NCBI GenBank assembly: GCA_002269645.1
Contig: NIVC01001180.1
Span: 248,997-312,996, forward strand
Length of the DNA stretch: 64,000 bases
Direction: 5' to 3'
Source: Macrostomum lignano
Lineage: Eukaryota
Shown here: one piece after another, positions 11,001-22,890 of the stretch
Position numbering within the stretch: the first letter of the stretch is position 1
Layout of the letters: each line of letters opens with the position of its first letter
Translations under genes and position numbers: made by a program
The notes under the pieces: generated by a model
Databases searched by the model: none
Seen by the model: the letters and a program-made list of their open reading frames with translations, nothing else
What the model was told of the DNA's origin: nothing

Positions 11001-14000
11001 TTGGACTCGGGCAGCAGGCAGAGCTGCAGAGTAAGGCGGAGCTGCTCAGACACTGGGCTGACAAAGTTCCAGTAGCGGAGCACCAGCCAGCGCAGGGTGG
11101 CGAGGGCCTCCACGCGAACTGCGGTTGGCTCTAGGGCCGCCTGCTGCTGGGACTGCCCGGCTGCTGCTGCCGCTGACCCCGATGGGGTGTCATCATTCTG
11201 TGGGGTTAAGCGATTAGGGCTTGTTATTGACAGACAGACAGACAGACAGAAAGACAGACAGACATACAGACAGACACACACACATACACACAGAGACAGA
11301 CAGACAAACAAATAGACACACACACACACACACAGAGACAGACAGACAAACAAAAAGACACACAGACACACACACACACACACAGACAGACAGACAAACA
11401 AATAGACACACAGACACACACACACACACACACACAGACAGACAGACAAACAAAAAGACACACAGACACACACACACACACACAGACAGACAGACAAACA
11501 AATAGACACACAGACAGACACACAGACGAATAGATCAGCAGCCGACCTGCCAGCCGTCGCCCCTAGGATGCGCCACCCGCAGGCAGTGCTGCACCAGCCA
11601 GGAGGACTCGAACGGCGCAGTTTGCGGTCCCAGCAGAGGCGTGTGAAATCCGGTGAGCATGGGCGAGGCGGCGGGCGAGCGGAGGCAGTCCTGCAGAAGG
11701 CAGTGGGACACCTCGAACGCGGGGCCTTCGAGCGAGGCCAGCTGGCCGAAGCACTGCAGGGCGGCCGATTTCACGTCCGGCGATTCGGACAGGAGAAACG
11801 GGGAGGCCACCTGAGATGACGCCGAAGATTGAAGATTTTAATGAATGGCTGCGAGGGGCATGACAGGAACGTCAATGCACAGCTCCGAAGCTTCAGGCAG
11901 GGGAAGTAGCGGGAATCCCGTCTGAATCCTGACGCCTCAGAGAGAGAAGGCAACGGGAATCCCATTTAAATCCTGAAGCCTCAGGGAGAAGTGGTAACGG
12001 GAATCCCATCTGAATGCTGAAGCCTCACTGAGAAGAGGTAACGGGAATCCCATCTGAATGCTGAAGCCTCAGTGAGAAGAGGTAACGGGAATCCCATTTA
12101 AATCCTGAAGCCTCAGGGAGAAGTGGTAACGGGAATCCCATCTGAATGCTGAAGCCTCACTGAGAAGAGGTAACGGGAATCCCATCTGAATGCTGAAGCC
12201 TCAGTGAGAAGAGGCAACGGGAATCCCATCTGAATGCTGAAGCCTCAGTGAGAAGAGGCAACGGGAATCCCATCTGAATGCTGAAGCCTCAGTGAGAAGA
12301 GGCAACGGGAATCACATCTGAATCCTGAAGCCTCAGTGAGAAGAGGCAACGGGAATCCCATCTGAATCTTGAAGCCACAGGCAGGTTGGTCAGCAAGGAT
12401 CCCGCTAGTAACTAAATCACGCGACACCGAGTCGGCCTCCCACCTTGAAAATCTTGGTGACGAGGCCCGGGCGCAGTTTCTGGTAGGGCACATTTCCGGC
12501 CAGTTGACCAACGCAGCGCAGCAGCTGGGCCTGAGTTGCCTGGCTCCGCTCGGCTAGCAGAGCCTGCAGAATCTGCCTGTGCATCTCCCGGAGCGAGCCG
12601 GCCAGCCGGGTGGACAGCGGGGTGAAAGCGGTCTTGGGGACGCCGAAATCTTCGGCTAGAAGCAGAAAAGCTTTCGAGCCCTGAAACAGGCTCGCTAATA
12701 GGTCCAATAGGTTGGCGCGAACCTGAAATACAGGCGGTTACTACTTATTAGTAGATGTCACGAAGATTTTGAAGGCCGACTTTTTTAAAGGTAGGTACCT
12801 AAGAAACAAAATTTATGAACTCGACAGTCACGCCTTCTAAAGACGGATTTCTAGTAAAACGAGTCATATATTGCCTAATTTAACAATACAGAATGATTTG
12901 GGACACCAGTGGCTGGTTTCTTTACAACAGTTCTTTCGAAAAAGCCGACTATGGCTAACGTAGTAAAATCCCATCCAATGGAATCCCAATCATGGGATTC
13001 TCCTTGGAGAAATCCAATTTGCACCGAAACCCTGGTCAGCAATTAAACTACAAACAATTAAGTCAATTTGCCCCATTACCTCTTAAGCATCACTCCTCTC
13101 AGCATCATTTCCTCCCAGCATCATTCCCCTCAGCATCATTCCCCCTCAGCATCATTCCCTCTCAGTATTATTCCCTCTCAGCATCATTCACTCTCAGCAT
13201 CATTCCCCCGTCAGCATCATTCCCCCCCGTCAGCATCATTCCCCCCCGTCAGCATCATTCCCCCGTCAGCATCATTCCCCCGTCAGCATCATTCCCCCTC
13301 AGTATCATTCCCCTCAGCATCATTCCCTCTCAGCATCATTCCCCCTCAGTATCATTCCCCTCAGCATCATTCCCCCTCAGTATCATGGCTGGTTTCTTTA
13401 CAACAGTTCTTTCGAAAAAGCCGACTATGGCTAACGTAGTAAAATCCCATCCAATGGAATCCCAATCGTGGGATTCTCCTTGGAGAAATCCAATTTGCAC
13501 CGAAACCCTGGTCAGCAATTAAACTACAAACAATTAAGTCAATTTGCCCCATTACCTCTTAAGCATCACTCCTCCCAGCATCATTCCCCTCAGCATCATT
13601 CCCCCTCAGCATCATTCCCTCTCAGTATCATTCCCTCTCAGTATCATTCCCTCTCAGCATCATTCACTCTCAGCATCATTCCCCCGTCAGCATCATTCCC
13701 CCCGTCAGCATCATTCCCCCGTCAGCATCATTCCCCCGTAGTATCATTCCCCTCAGCATCATTCCCTCTCAGCATCATTCCCCCTCAGTATCATTCCCCT
13801 CAGCATCATTCCCTCTCAGCATCATTCCCCTCAGCATCATTCCCCCTCAGTATCATTCCCCTCAGCATCATTCCCTCTCAGCATCATTCCCCCTCAGTAT
13901 CATTCCCCTCAGCATCATTCCCCCTCAGTATCATTCCCCTCAGCATCATTCCCTCTCAGTATCATTCCCCTCAGCATCATTCCCCTCAGCATCATTCCCC

Positions 14001-17000
14001 CTCAGTATCATTCCCCTCAGCATCATTCCCCCTCAGTATCATTCCCCTCAGCATCATTCCCTCTCAGCATCATTCCCCCTCAGTATCATTCCCCTCAGCA
14101 TCATTCCCTCTCAGCATCATTCCCCCTCAGTATCATTCCCCTCAGCATCATTCCCCCTCAGTATCATTCCCCTCAGCATCATTCCCTCTCAGCATCATTC
14201 CCCCTCAGTATCATTCCCCTCAGCATCATTCCCCCTCAGTATCATTCCCCTCAGCATCATTCCCTCTCAGTATCATTCCCCTCAGCATCATTCCCCTCAG
14301 CATCATTCCCCCTCAGTATCATTCCCCTCAGCATCATTCCCCCTCAGTATCATTCCCCTCAGCATCATTCCCTCTCAGCATCATTCCCCCTCAGTATCAT
14401 TCCCCTCAGCATCATTCCCCTCAGCATCATTCCCCCTCAGCATCATTCCCTCTCAGTATCATTCCCTCTCAGTATCATTCCCTCTCAGCATCATTCACTC
14501 TCAGCATCATTCCCCCGTCAGCATCATTCCCCCCGTCAGCATCATTCCCCCGTCAGCATCATTCCCCCGTAGTATCATTCCCCTCAGCATCATTCCCTCT
14601 CAGCATCATTCCCCCTCAGTATCATTCCCCTCAGCATCATTCCCTCTCAGCATCATTCCCCTCAGCATCATTCCCCCTCAGTATCATTCCCCTCAGCATC
14701 ATTCCCTCTCAGCATCATTCCCCCTCAGTATCATTCCCCTCAGCATCATTCCCCCTCAGTATCATTCCCCTCAGCATCATTCCCTCTCAGTATCATTCCC
14801 CTCAGCATCATTCCCCTCAGCATCATTCCCCCTCAGTATCATTCCCCTCAGCATCATTCCCCCTCAGTATCATTCCCCTCAGCATCATTCCCTCTCAGCA
14901 TCATTCCCCCTCAGTATCATTCCCCTCAGCATCATTCCCTCTCAGCATCATTCCCCCTCAGTATCATTCCCTCAGCATCATTCCCCCTCAGTATCATTCC
15001 CCTCAGCATCATTCCCTCTCAGCATCATTCCCCCTCAGTATCATTCCCCTCAGCATCATTCCCCCTCAGTATCATTCCCCTCAGCATCATTCCCTCTCAG
15101 CATCATTCACAACGTTACCCTCGAGTTGGGCTCCCGAAGTAGCAGCGCTAGCAGAAACGAGGGCCTTCCGGGATCCGGAAAGAAGGCCAGCCAGTGGCAC
15201 TGCAGAGCCCGCTTGTGCAAGGATTCAACCAGTCTTCGAAGACAGGAACCGCTGATGAATCGAACTTTAGCGTCAGCTAGCGAGACAGAGGATGCCGGTT
15301 GTTGGCGCTCTGAAAATTGCGTCAGGTTACAAAAAATTAGGCACCGTCCTAAGTATCCTACTAATAGTAGAAATCAGAAGAAAACTGCAGAGAAAATATT
15401 CACCGTCACGATTAAGCATCAAGTCGGCGAGGTCGGCGTCCCGCAAGTCCAGGCCGCTCAGCCGCTGCTCCAAACTGCCGTTGGCCTCTTCGTCCGAGTC
15501 GCCGCCGTCGCCCCTGGCAACGCAGCGAGCTTTTTTCAGTGGCTTCTTGGATCGGAGACCAGGCACAGTGACGGAGTCGAACTGGTCCAGCTCGGGCTCG
15601 TGGGCGAAAGCGTGCGGACCGGCGCCTGTAGCATCGGCAGAGGCATCGGATGCAGCAGAAGCGGCAGTTGGCGGAGGCAGGCCGTGCCACAGGTAGCGGC
15701 GCAGCTGGTTGAGAAGGCGAGGCAGATCGGCCGGGCGGATTGGAGGCGACCTGAACAATGGGGCGGGTGGCGCGTCACTGGCTGTAGCGATTTACAGGGA
15801 TTCTCAGGGTTATCGCGGTGGATTTTCAGATGAGGTTAAGGTCGATTCTCAGGGGCGGTGTAGGGGCGATTCTCAGGGGCGGTGTAGGGGCGATTCTCAG
15901 GGGCGGTGTAGGGGCGATTCTCAGGGGCGGTGTAGGGGCGATTCTCAGTTGTGTAAGGGCGATTCTCAGGGGTGTAAGGGCGATTCTCAGGGGTGTAAGG
16001 GCGATTCTCAGGGGTGTAAGGGCGATTCTCAGGGGTGTAAGGGCGATTCTCAGGGGTGTAAGGCGATTCTCAGGGGTGAAAGGGCGATTCTCAGGGGTGA
16101 AAGGGTGATTCTCAGGGGTGAAAGGGCGATTATTTGGGGTGGGAGATTAAGAAGCTATTCTCAAGCGGTGAATTAGGCGCGATTCTCAGGGGTGAAAGGG
16201 CGATTCTCAGGGGTCTAAGGGCGATTCTCAGGGGTGGAATGGCGATTCTCAGGGGTCTAAGGGCGATTCTCAGGGGTCTAAGGGCGATTCTCAGGGGTGG
16301 AAGGGCGATTCTCAGGGGTCTAAGGGCGATTCTCAGGGGTGGAAGGGCGATTCTCAGGGGTGAAAGGGCGATTATTTGGGGTGGGGGATTAAGAAGCTAT
16401 TCTCAAGCGGTGAATTAGGGGCAATTCTCAGGATGCGGTGTAGCTGCGATTTCTGCAAACAAAAGTAGCCAACTCACCTGCTTATCAGAAAGGTTAGCAG
16501 ATGCAGCAGCAGCTGCAGTACCCGAGCGCTGGGCCTGTCGCTAACCGATTCCAGCAGGGCCAAGCAGCGGGTCAGGAGGGTGGACACCAGGTCGGGCGGC
16601 AGGCAGTCCCGCTGGTCTGTCGGTCTCAGATAGGCCAGATTGGCCAACGCTTGAGCGGCATAGAATTGACAAGCCGACAAATTGTAGTCGTCGCCTTCGC
16701 CGGACAGCGTCTCGCCTTCGTCTGGGGACGTCGGCCAACGGGACAGCCGGTCAATCAGCCGGCGAATGGTGTCCCGCAGCAGGCCCTGGTGCTGGGCAAA
16801 TTGGCCAACATTCAGGCACAGAGCGGCCAGCAGTTGCAGATTGGCGCCGGCCGAGTTCAGATCCTGGCTACTGTTGGACTCAGAGCTGGCCAGCCGGGAC
16901 AGCAGATGCCGGACAGTGGCCAAGGTGAGCGGCTCGGCCGGACTGATCTTGTGGCTGATCAGCGCGCCGGCTAGTAGGGCCTGGGATTATTATTTATTAT

Positions 17001-18277
17001 TTTCGATACATGTCGGCAATGGCCTCATTAACACGGGCGTTGATAGCCTAAGTTAAGGACTCTACTGTTGTCATCAACTAACATTATTGATGTCCCTGCA
17101 AACAACTTTTCTATAAAAACCATCTCTTTAGCATTGCCCCTAGGCCACCCTTAGCAACACCCTCAAACCATCCTTAGCAACGCCCTCAAACCATCCTTAG
17201 CAACACCCTCAAACCACCCTTAGCAACACCCTCAAACCATCCTTAGCAACGCCCTCAAACCACCCTTAGCAACACCCTCAAACCATCCTTAGCAACACCC
17301 TCAAACCACCCTTAGCAACACCCTCTAAACATCCTAGCAACGCCCTCAAACCATTCTTAGCAACGCTCTCAACCATTGAAACCACCCTTAGCAACGCCCT
17401 GAAACCATTCTTAGCAACGCTCTCAACCATTGAAACCACCCTTAGCAACGCCTTAAAACCACTCTTAGCACCGTCCTCAATCCACTTAGATTTACCTGGC
17501 TTGCATTGGGCTTCCCTTTCTTCTGTATTTCTATCGCATTCCCAGCGCCTACCTGCAGCGGCCCCACCGGGGCCTCATCGCCGGGCTGCAGTCGCGGCAG
17601 CAACTGCAGCAGAATGGCCACGGCGTCCGGGCTGAGCACCCGCTGCGCCGTCTCGCTGTCCGGCCCCTGCTCGGCCACGGACCGCAGCTCGGCCAGAGCC
17701 TGCGCGCAGTTGGCTCGCCATAAACTTCGGACAGTGGCCGGCGCTCTGTCCGGATCCGGAGGCGAAGTGAGCAGCAACACCAGCTTCTGCACGCACGGGT
17801 CCAGCCGCTGCAAATCAAATGTGTCCAGGCTGGCTGCCGCAGTGGACGGTGGCATCGAAGAGCTGCCGCCGCCGGTGGCCATGTCGCCATTGGCCGATTG
17901 GAAGCCGGGACGCCTACACAACATTAAATGGATAAACTTGCACTTAAATGTACATAGAATCTACAATTTAATGTACATACAATGTACACATACAATGTAC
18001 ATTATAGTGAATGTGTACTACAATTTACATACGATACACGCTCGATTGTACTCTACCTCGTTCCACCCTCGCCGGCACCTCTTGGAGGTCGCCGACTGCC
18101 TCCACCGCCGCCGCGCCACTTGTCTGGCGACGGTGCGCTACATCCGCTTCCAGTTGGCGCCGCAGCAGCACCCGCGCCTGGTCGGCGCCAATTGCTGACG
18201 GAATCAGCCTGGCTAACCACTCGCTGTTGGCGCGGATTTGGCCCGCCGCTGGCGCCTGCTGACGATTTCGACTCCAT
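8084..18277 (-). CDS. HEATR6: HEAT repeat-containing protein 6 homolog, 10 coding exons, ~1299 aa
   Basis: Exons (minus strand): 18277-18057, 17913-17553, 16980-16478, 15750-15404, 15309-15119, 12722-12444, 11810-11547, 11197-10568, 10236-9802, 8752-8084. All introns are GT-AG, phases are consistent, and the total is 3900 nt. Motifs [70 protein letters not shown] and YFKV match HEATR6 (AKVRQ..KK.LYGYW.AF.PD; LEGSKQFL..AED..AFTPFS..IRELHR.LL.AL.AE; VRWNA; NFKVR). The start codon and two splice sites have in-frame alternatives. Confidence 0.88.
9125..9770. repeat. 16-bp minisatellite (GGGGTCAGGGACCCAG) in HEATR6 intron 9
   Basis: About 40 copies; variants include GACCTAGG, GGCCTAGG and GACCCAGGAG. 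Confidence 0.95.
10255..10490. repeat. ~25-27 bp minisatellite (GTAGATGGGGGAGAAAGTACACCGG) in HEATR6 intron 8
   Basis: About 8 copies with variable G-run length. Confidence 0.9.
11228..11528. repeat. Compound GACA/CA microsatellite in HEATR6 intron 7
   Basis: Directly visible; it explains the V/C/S/L- and T/H/D/R-rich ORFs in the track. Confidence 0.95.
11905..12375. repeat. 44-bp minisatellite (GGGAATCCCATCTGAATGCTGAAGCCTCAGTGAGAAGAGGCAAC) in HEATR6 intron 6
   Basis: About 11 copies. Confidence 0.95.
12910..15110. repeat. 15/16-bp minisatellite (CAGCATCATTCCCCT) with a 476-bp segmental tandem duplication, HEATR6 intron 5
   Basis: The array spans ~13090-15110. A unique segment starting TGGCTGGTTTCTTTACAACAG occurs at 12910 and again at 13386. 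Confidence 0.95.
15800..16435. repeat. 21-bp minisatellite (GGGCGATTCTCAGGGGTGTAA) in HEATR6 intron 3
   Basis: About 25-28 copies with sub-block variants. Confidence 0.93.
17145..17470. repeat. 23-bp minisatellite (CCCTTAGCAACACCCTCAAACCA) in HEATR6 intron 2
   Basis: About 12 imperfect copies. Confidence 0.9.
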
Positions 18278-18324
18278 GAATGCGTTTGGGACGCTTGGGC
18301 TTGGAGACTGGCGTTCAAAATAAT

Positions 18325-18650
18325 CGCCTCTATGCTGCACTGGGAATGACCTATATGCTGCACTGGGAATGGCCTCTATGCTGCACTGGGAATGGCCTCT
18401 ATGCTGCACTGGGAATGGCCTCTATGCTGCACTGGGAATGGCCTCTATGCTGCACTGGGAATGGCCTCTATGCTGCACTGGGAATGACCTCTATGCTGCA
18501 CTGGGAATGGCCTCTATGCTGCACTGGGAATGGCCTCAATGCTGCACTGGGAATGGCCTCTATGCTGCACTGGGAATGGCCTCTATGCTGCACTGGGAAT
18601 GGCCTCTATGCTGCACTGGGAATGGCCTCTATGCTGCACTGGGAATGACA
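18325..18650. repeat. 23-bp minisatellite (CTATGCTGCACTGGGAATGGCCT) in the DNAJC9-HEATR6 spacer
   Basis: About 14 copies, ending ~48 nt upstream of the predicted HEATR6 ATG. Confidence 0.95.
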
Positions 18651-19652
18651 TCTATATTTCGCTAAGAAATAAAATGCAGCAAACAGATTTATAAAAAAAT
18701 GGTGCGCATCGTTATTTATTATTGTCACGTTATGTATAGCGTATTAAATTATTCAACGGCATTAAATGACTTTTGAAATACATTGTTTTAAATTATTTAA
18801 AAAAACAAAAAGAAACAGTATTATGCGCTATGAAGAGAAAAATTGGTTAAGCAAACGAACATTAAACTGACGAAAGAAATGCAGGTAGGTTTAAATTGTT
18901 GTAGAACACGCTTGCTAGCGTACAATTACTAAAGAAATATATATATGTTTTCAAACCAAATGAGCCTAGCAACTGGCAATTAAATCCTTAGTGGGCTAAT
19001 CAAGCGATTGAAGACCAACCTTAACATTGTCTATGGCTCCACAGACCCCCTATTGGCCATTGGCGGGTTTCGCGCCCGCTGGCTTTGCACTTTAAAATCA
19101 ATGGTCACGTTTGGCCATAGACAATCTCAGCATGCGGTCTTTGAGGCATTTTGATTTGACTGTATAGGTTTTTTTCTTTGCTGGGAAGGCTTCGGGGGAT
19201 TTCGTTGTTTCAGGGGCAGCATTTCGATTTCGCTATATAGGCTTCATTTGTTAGGGAGGTTTGGCCATAGAGTGCTACAAGCCATAGGGACCATAGCGAA
19301 GAAACAATGTTACGCTGTAATGTTCCCTAAGAGATATCTATTAGCTGGTAAAAGTTAAAAATTACTTTTTTTAACTCTAAGATTTCCCTGAAAGAGTTTA
19401 GGGGGCATTTTAGCCACAGATGTAATTTAGATTAGCTATCTATATGTAGTAATTTCTTCATTTATTATAACATCCAATGTCTCCCGAGTTCCATTCCGTT
19501 GACAGCTGATTGCCATAGACAAAATGATCAATCCTACTTTGCAGACCTAAGGTTTATTGAGTTTATAAACATAGAAATGCACCATTATTGATTAAGCGTG
19601 AAAATAAATTTTTGTGTCAACGTTTCCAATCCATTTTTCGATTATTTATTTT

Positions 19653-22250
19653 CTACGATTTCCTTCCGCGTTTGTTGCCAGCAGCAGCAGCAGCAGACGA
19701 TGAGCCGGCGCCAATTGACTTCTTTGGTCGCTTCTTGATTCCACCATCAGCAACTGTCGCCGGCTTCTTAGCTTTCTTGCCGCCGCTACCGCTGCCTCCG
19801 TATTTAGCAGCCAGGCTGTCAATCAGCGACTCCATGGCACCGGCTCGCTGCCGCATGTTCAGCTGGATGGCCTTGGCCAAGCCGTTCTCCTCCTCTGCCT
19901 CGTCTTCCAGCCCGACAATGCCTTTGCCATTGCGCCGCTTCTCCTCGGCGTTGGCTTTGTCGAATTCGCGTCGCTCGCGCTCGTAGGCGCGTTTTCGGCG
20001 CGCTTTCTTAGCGGCCGGCTCAGCTGTGAATGCCTCGAAGGCGGGCACCTCGCCGGAGTCGATCAGTTGGCGAATAATTCCAGCGATGCGGTCTTCGTCG
20101 GGATAGTCGGCGAACAGCACCGACTCCAGCACTTTGTCCATGTCGCCGTCGAACTCCAGGTAGGCCTGCGGGACAGAGGCACAATGGGAATGGGAAGGAG
20201 ATTTTTTTAGGATAATTTTATAATCTGGGGATTGGCAATCCTATAATTCGAGGATTAGACTGAAATCCAAGGATTAGCAATCCTACAATCTGAGGATTAG
20301 ACTGAAATCCAAGGATTAGCAATCCTATAATTCGAGGATTAGACTGAAATCCAAGGATTAGCAATCCTAAAACCGGAGGATTAGACTGAAATCCAAGGAT
20401 TAGCAATCCTATAATCTGAGGATTAGACTGAAATCCAAGGATTGGCAATCCTATAATTCGAGGATTAGACTGAAATCCAAGGATTAGCAATCCTAAAACC
20501 TGAGGATTAGACTGAAATCCAAGGATTAGCAATCCTAAAATCTGAAGATTAGACTGAAATCCAAGGATTAGCAATCCTACAATCTGAGGATTAGACTGAA
20601 ATCCAAGGATTAGCAATCCTATAATCTGAGGATTAGACTGAAATCCAAGGATTAGCAATCCTATAATTTGAGGATTAGACTGAAATCCAAGGATTAGCAA
20701 TCCTATAATCTGAGGATTAGACTGAAATCCAAGGATTAGCATTCCTATAATCTGAGGATCAGACTGAAATCCAAGGATTAGCAATCTTATAATCTGAGGA
20801 TTAGACTGAAATCCAAGGATTAGCAATCCTACAATCTGAGGATTAGACTGAAATCCAAGGATTAGCAATCCTATAATCTGAGGATTAGACTGAAATCCAA
20901 GGATTAGCAATCCTATAATCTGAGGATCAGACTGAAATCCAAGGATTAGCATTCCTATAATCTGAGGATTAGACTGAAATCCAAGGATTAGCAATCCTAT
21001 AATCTGAGGATTAGACTGAAATCCAAGGATTAGCAATCCTAAAACCGGAGGATTAGACTGAAATCCAAGGATTAGCAATCCTATAATCTGAGGATCAGAC
21101 TGAAATCCAAGGATTAGCAATCCTATAATCTGAGGATCAGACTGAAATCCAAGGATTGGCAATCCTATATTTCGAGGATTAGACTGAAATCCAAGGATTA
21201 GCAATCCTATAATCTGAGGATCAGACTGAAATCCAAGGATTGGCAATCCTATAATCTGAGGATTAGACTGAAATCCAAGGATTAGCAATCCTATAATCTG
21301 AGGATTAGACTGAAATCCAAGGATTAGCAATCCTATAATCTGAGGATTAGACTGAAATCCAAGGATTAGCAATCCTATAATCTGAAGATTAGACTGAAAT
21401 CCAAGGATTAGCAATCCTACAATCTGAGGATTAGACTGAAATCCAAGGATTAGCAATCCTATAATCTGAAGATTAGACTGAAATCCAAGGATTAGCAATC
21501 CTATAATCTGAGGATTAGACTGAAATCCAAGGATTGGCAATCCTATAATCTGAGGATTAGACTGAAATCCAAGGATTGGCAATCCTATAATTCGAGGATT
21601 AGACTGAAATCCAAGGATTAGCAATCCTATAATCTGAGGATTAGACTGAAATCCAAGGATTAGCAATCCTATAATCTGAAGATTAGACTGAAATCCAAGG
21701 ATTAGCAATCTTATAATCTGAGGATTAGACTGAAATCCAAGGATTAGCAATCCTATAATCTGAGGATTAGACTGAAATCCAAGGATTAGCAATCCTATCA
21801 TCTGAAGATTAGACTGAAAATCTCGCAGCCCTAAGCGCTCACCTTCTTAACATCGGCAGTCTCCTTCTCGCTGCCGATGTAGCTGGCCTTGAACTCATTA
21901 TACCGTTGCGTGGTGACCCGCGGGAACAACAGTCGCCAATAATCCTCCCAGCGCTGAAACTCCTCGGCCAATTCAACGCCAGAATCGTCGTCAACTTCGC
22001 CGGACTCGTCGTAGATTCGACGTTTCTCCTCGTCGCCTAACAGCGAGTAGGCCTTGGACAGCACCTGGAATTTCGCCGTGGCATTCGCCTTCTCGTCAAC
22101 GCGATTTGTGTCTGGGTGAAGCTCTAACGACTTTTTATAATAGGCCTTCTTAAGCTGGGCCGGACTGGCAGTGGACTCGCAGCCTAGGATGGCATACAAA
22201 TCCTTGGTGCCAAAGTGCTGCTCACACTGGGCAAGAAATCCTGGCGCCAT
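19653..22250 (-). CDS. DNAJC9: DnaJ homolog subfamily C member 9 (J-domain histone co-chaperone), 2 exons, ~306 aa
   Basis: Exons 22250-21843 and 20165-19653 (GT-AG, phase 0). It has a J domain with HPD (YYKKSLELHPD), WEDYWRLLF, and the junction DVKK|AYLEFDGDMDKVLESV, then DEDRIAGIIRQLIDSGEVPAF, matching DNAJC9. AATAAA follows the stop immediately. Confidence 0.93.
20222..21818. repeat. 42-bp minisatellite (GGATTAGACTGAAATCCAAGGATTAGCAATCCTATAATCTGA) filling the DNAJC9 intron
   Basis: About 38 copies. The 14-codon period produces the spurious 527-aa ORF. Confidence 0.96.
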
Positions 22251-22820
22251 GCAGTGAAATAAAAAATTAGTTGGATCAATGTTAGTAAAATTAGGGTTCC
22301 AATCAATCGAAATAACTAGCTCATATCTTAGAAAAATATGTCTATTATATATTAAAGTTGTTTTGAAATTTCTATAACTTTATAAAAAAACAAAATAAAG
22401 CTTTGCATAGCAACAAAAATCTAGAAAATATATTATGCAACTAGAAAATACTACTATTTAACAATACATGTAAATTTATACATATAAGGACACAATCTAT
22501 ATGAACTAATAGTATGTGCAGAAAAAAACCTTTTCAGTTTAGTCACATAGACAATTTTCTTCAATTAGGTCAATGATAGCTATTCATAAGAATAAAGTTC
22601 AGATAGCAGTATATTAAAAATTTGAATATATTAAATCAAACTTTGGCAAAAATGTTTCTAATTTTTTTATAGTTTTGAAAACCAACTTCTTTTATTTTAG
22701 ATAATAAATGACAAATGCCTTAATATGTGTAGTTACTAAAAATCTGCTCAAATTTAGCATTTCCATGTAGCAAATTTGTTCCTAGACAGTTCATCATCTG
22801 CCACTTTGTCATCTTAGATT

Positions 22821-22890
22821 AGGGGTCATCAACAACCTTTTTAGACCAAGGGCCAAATAGCCAAATTTTTCAAGGGCTCAAGGGCCAATA
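22821..22890 (+). mobile_element. Possible decayed hAT/Charlie-type terminus
   Basis: TAGGGGTCATCAACAACCTTTTTAGACCAAGGGCCA resembles the CAGGGGTCGGCAACCTTTT..GGGCCA ends of Charlie-like elements; no partner end found. Confidence 0.35.

Noticed and set aside
13468-15255. 595-aa S/P/H/I-rich ORF
   Set aside because: Translation of the intron-5 minisatellite, antisense to HEATR6; the period merely avoids stops.
20218-21801. 527-aa ORF of 14-aa repeats
   Set aside because: The 42-bp array lies inside a GT-AG intron whose removal gives a normal DNAJC9.
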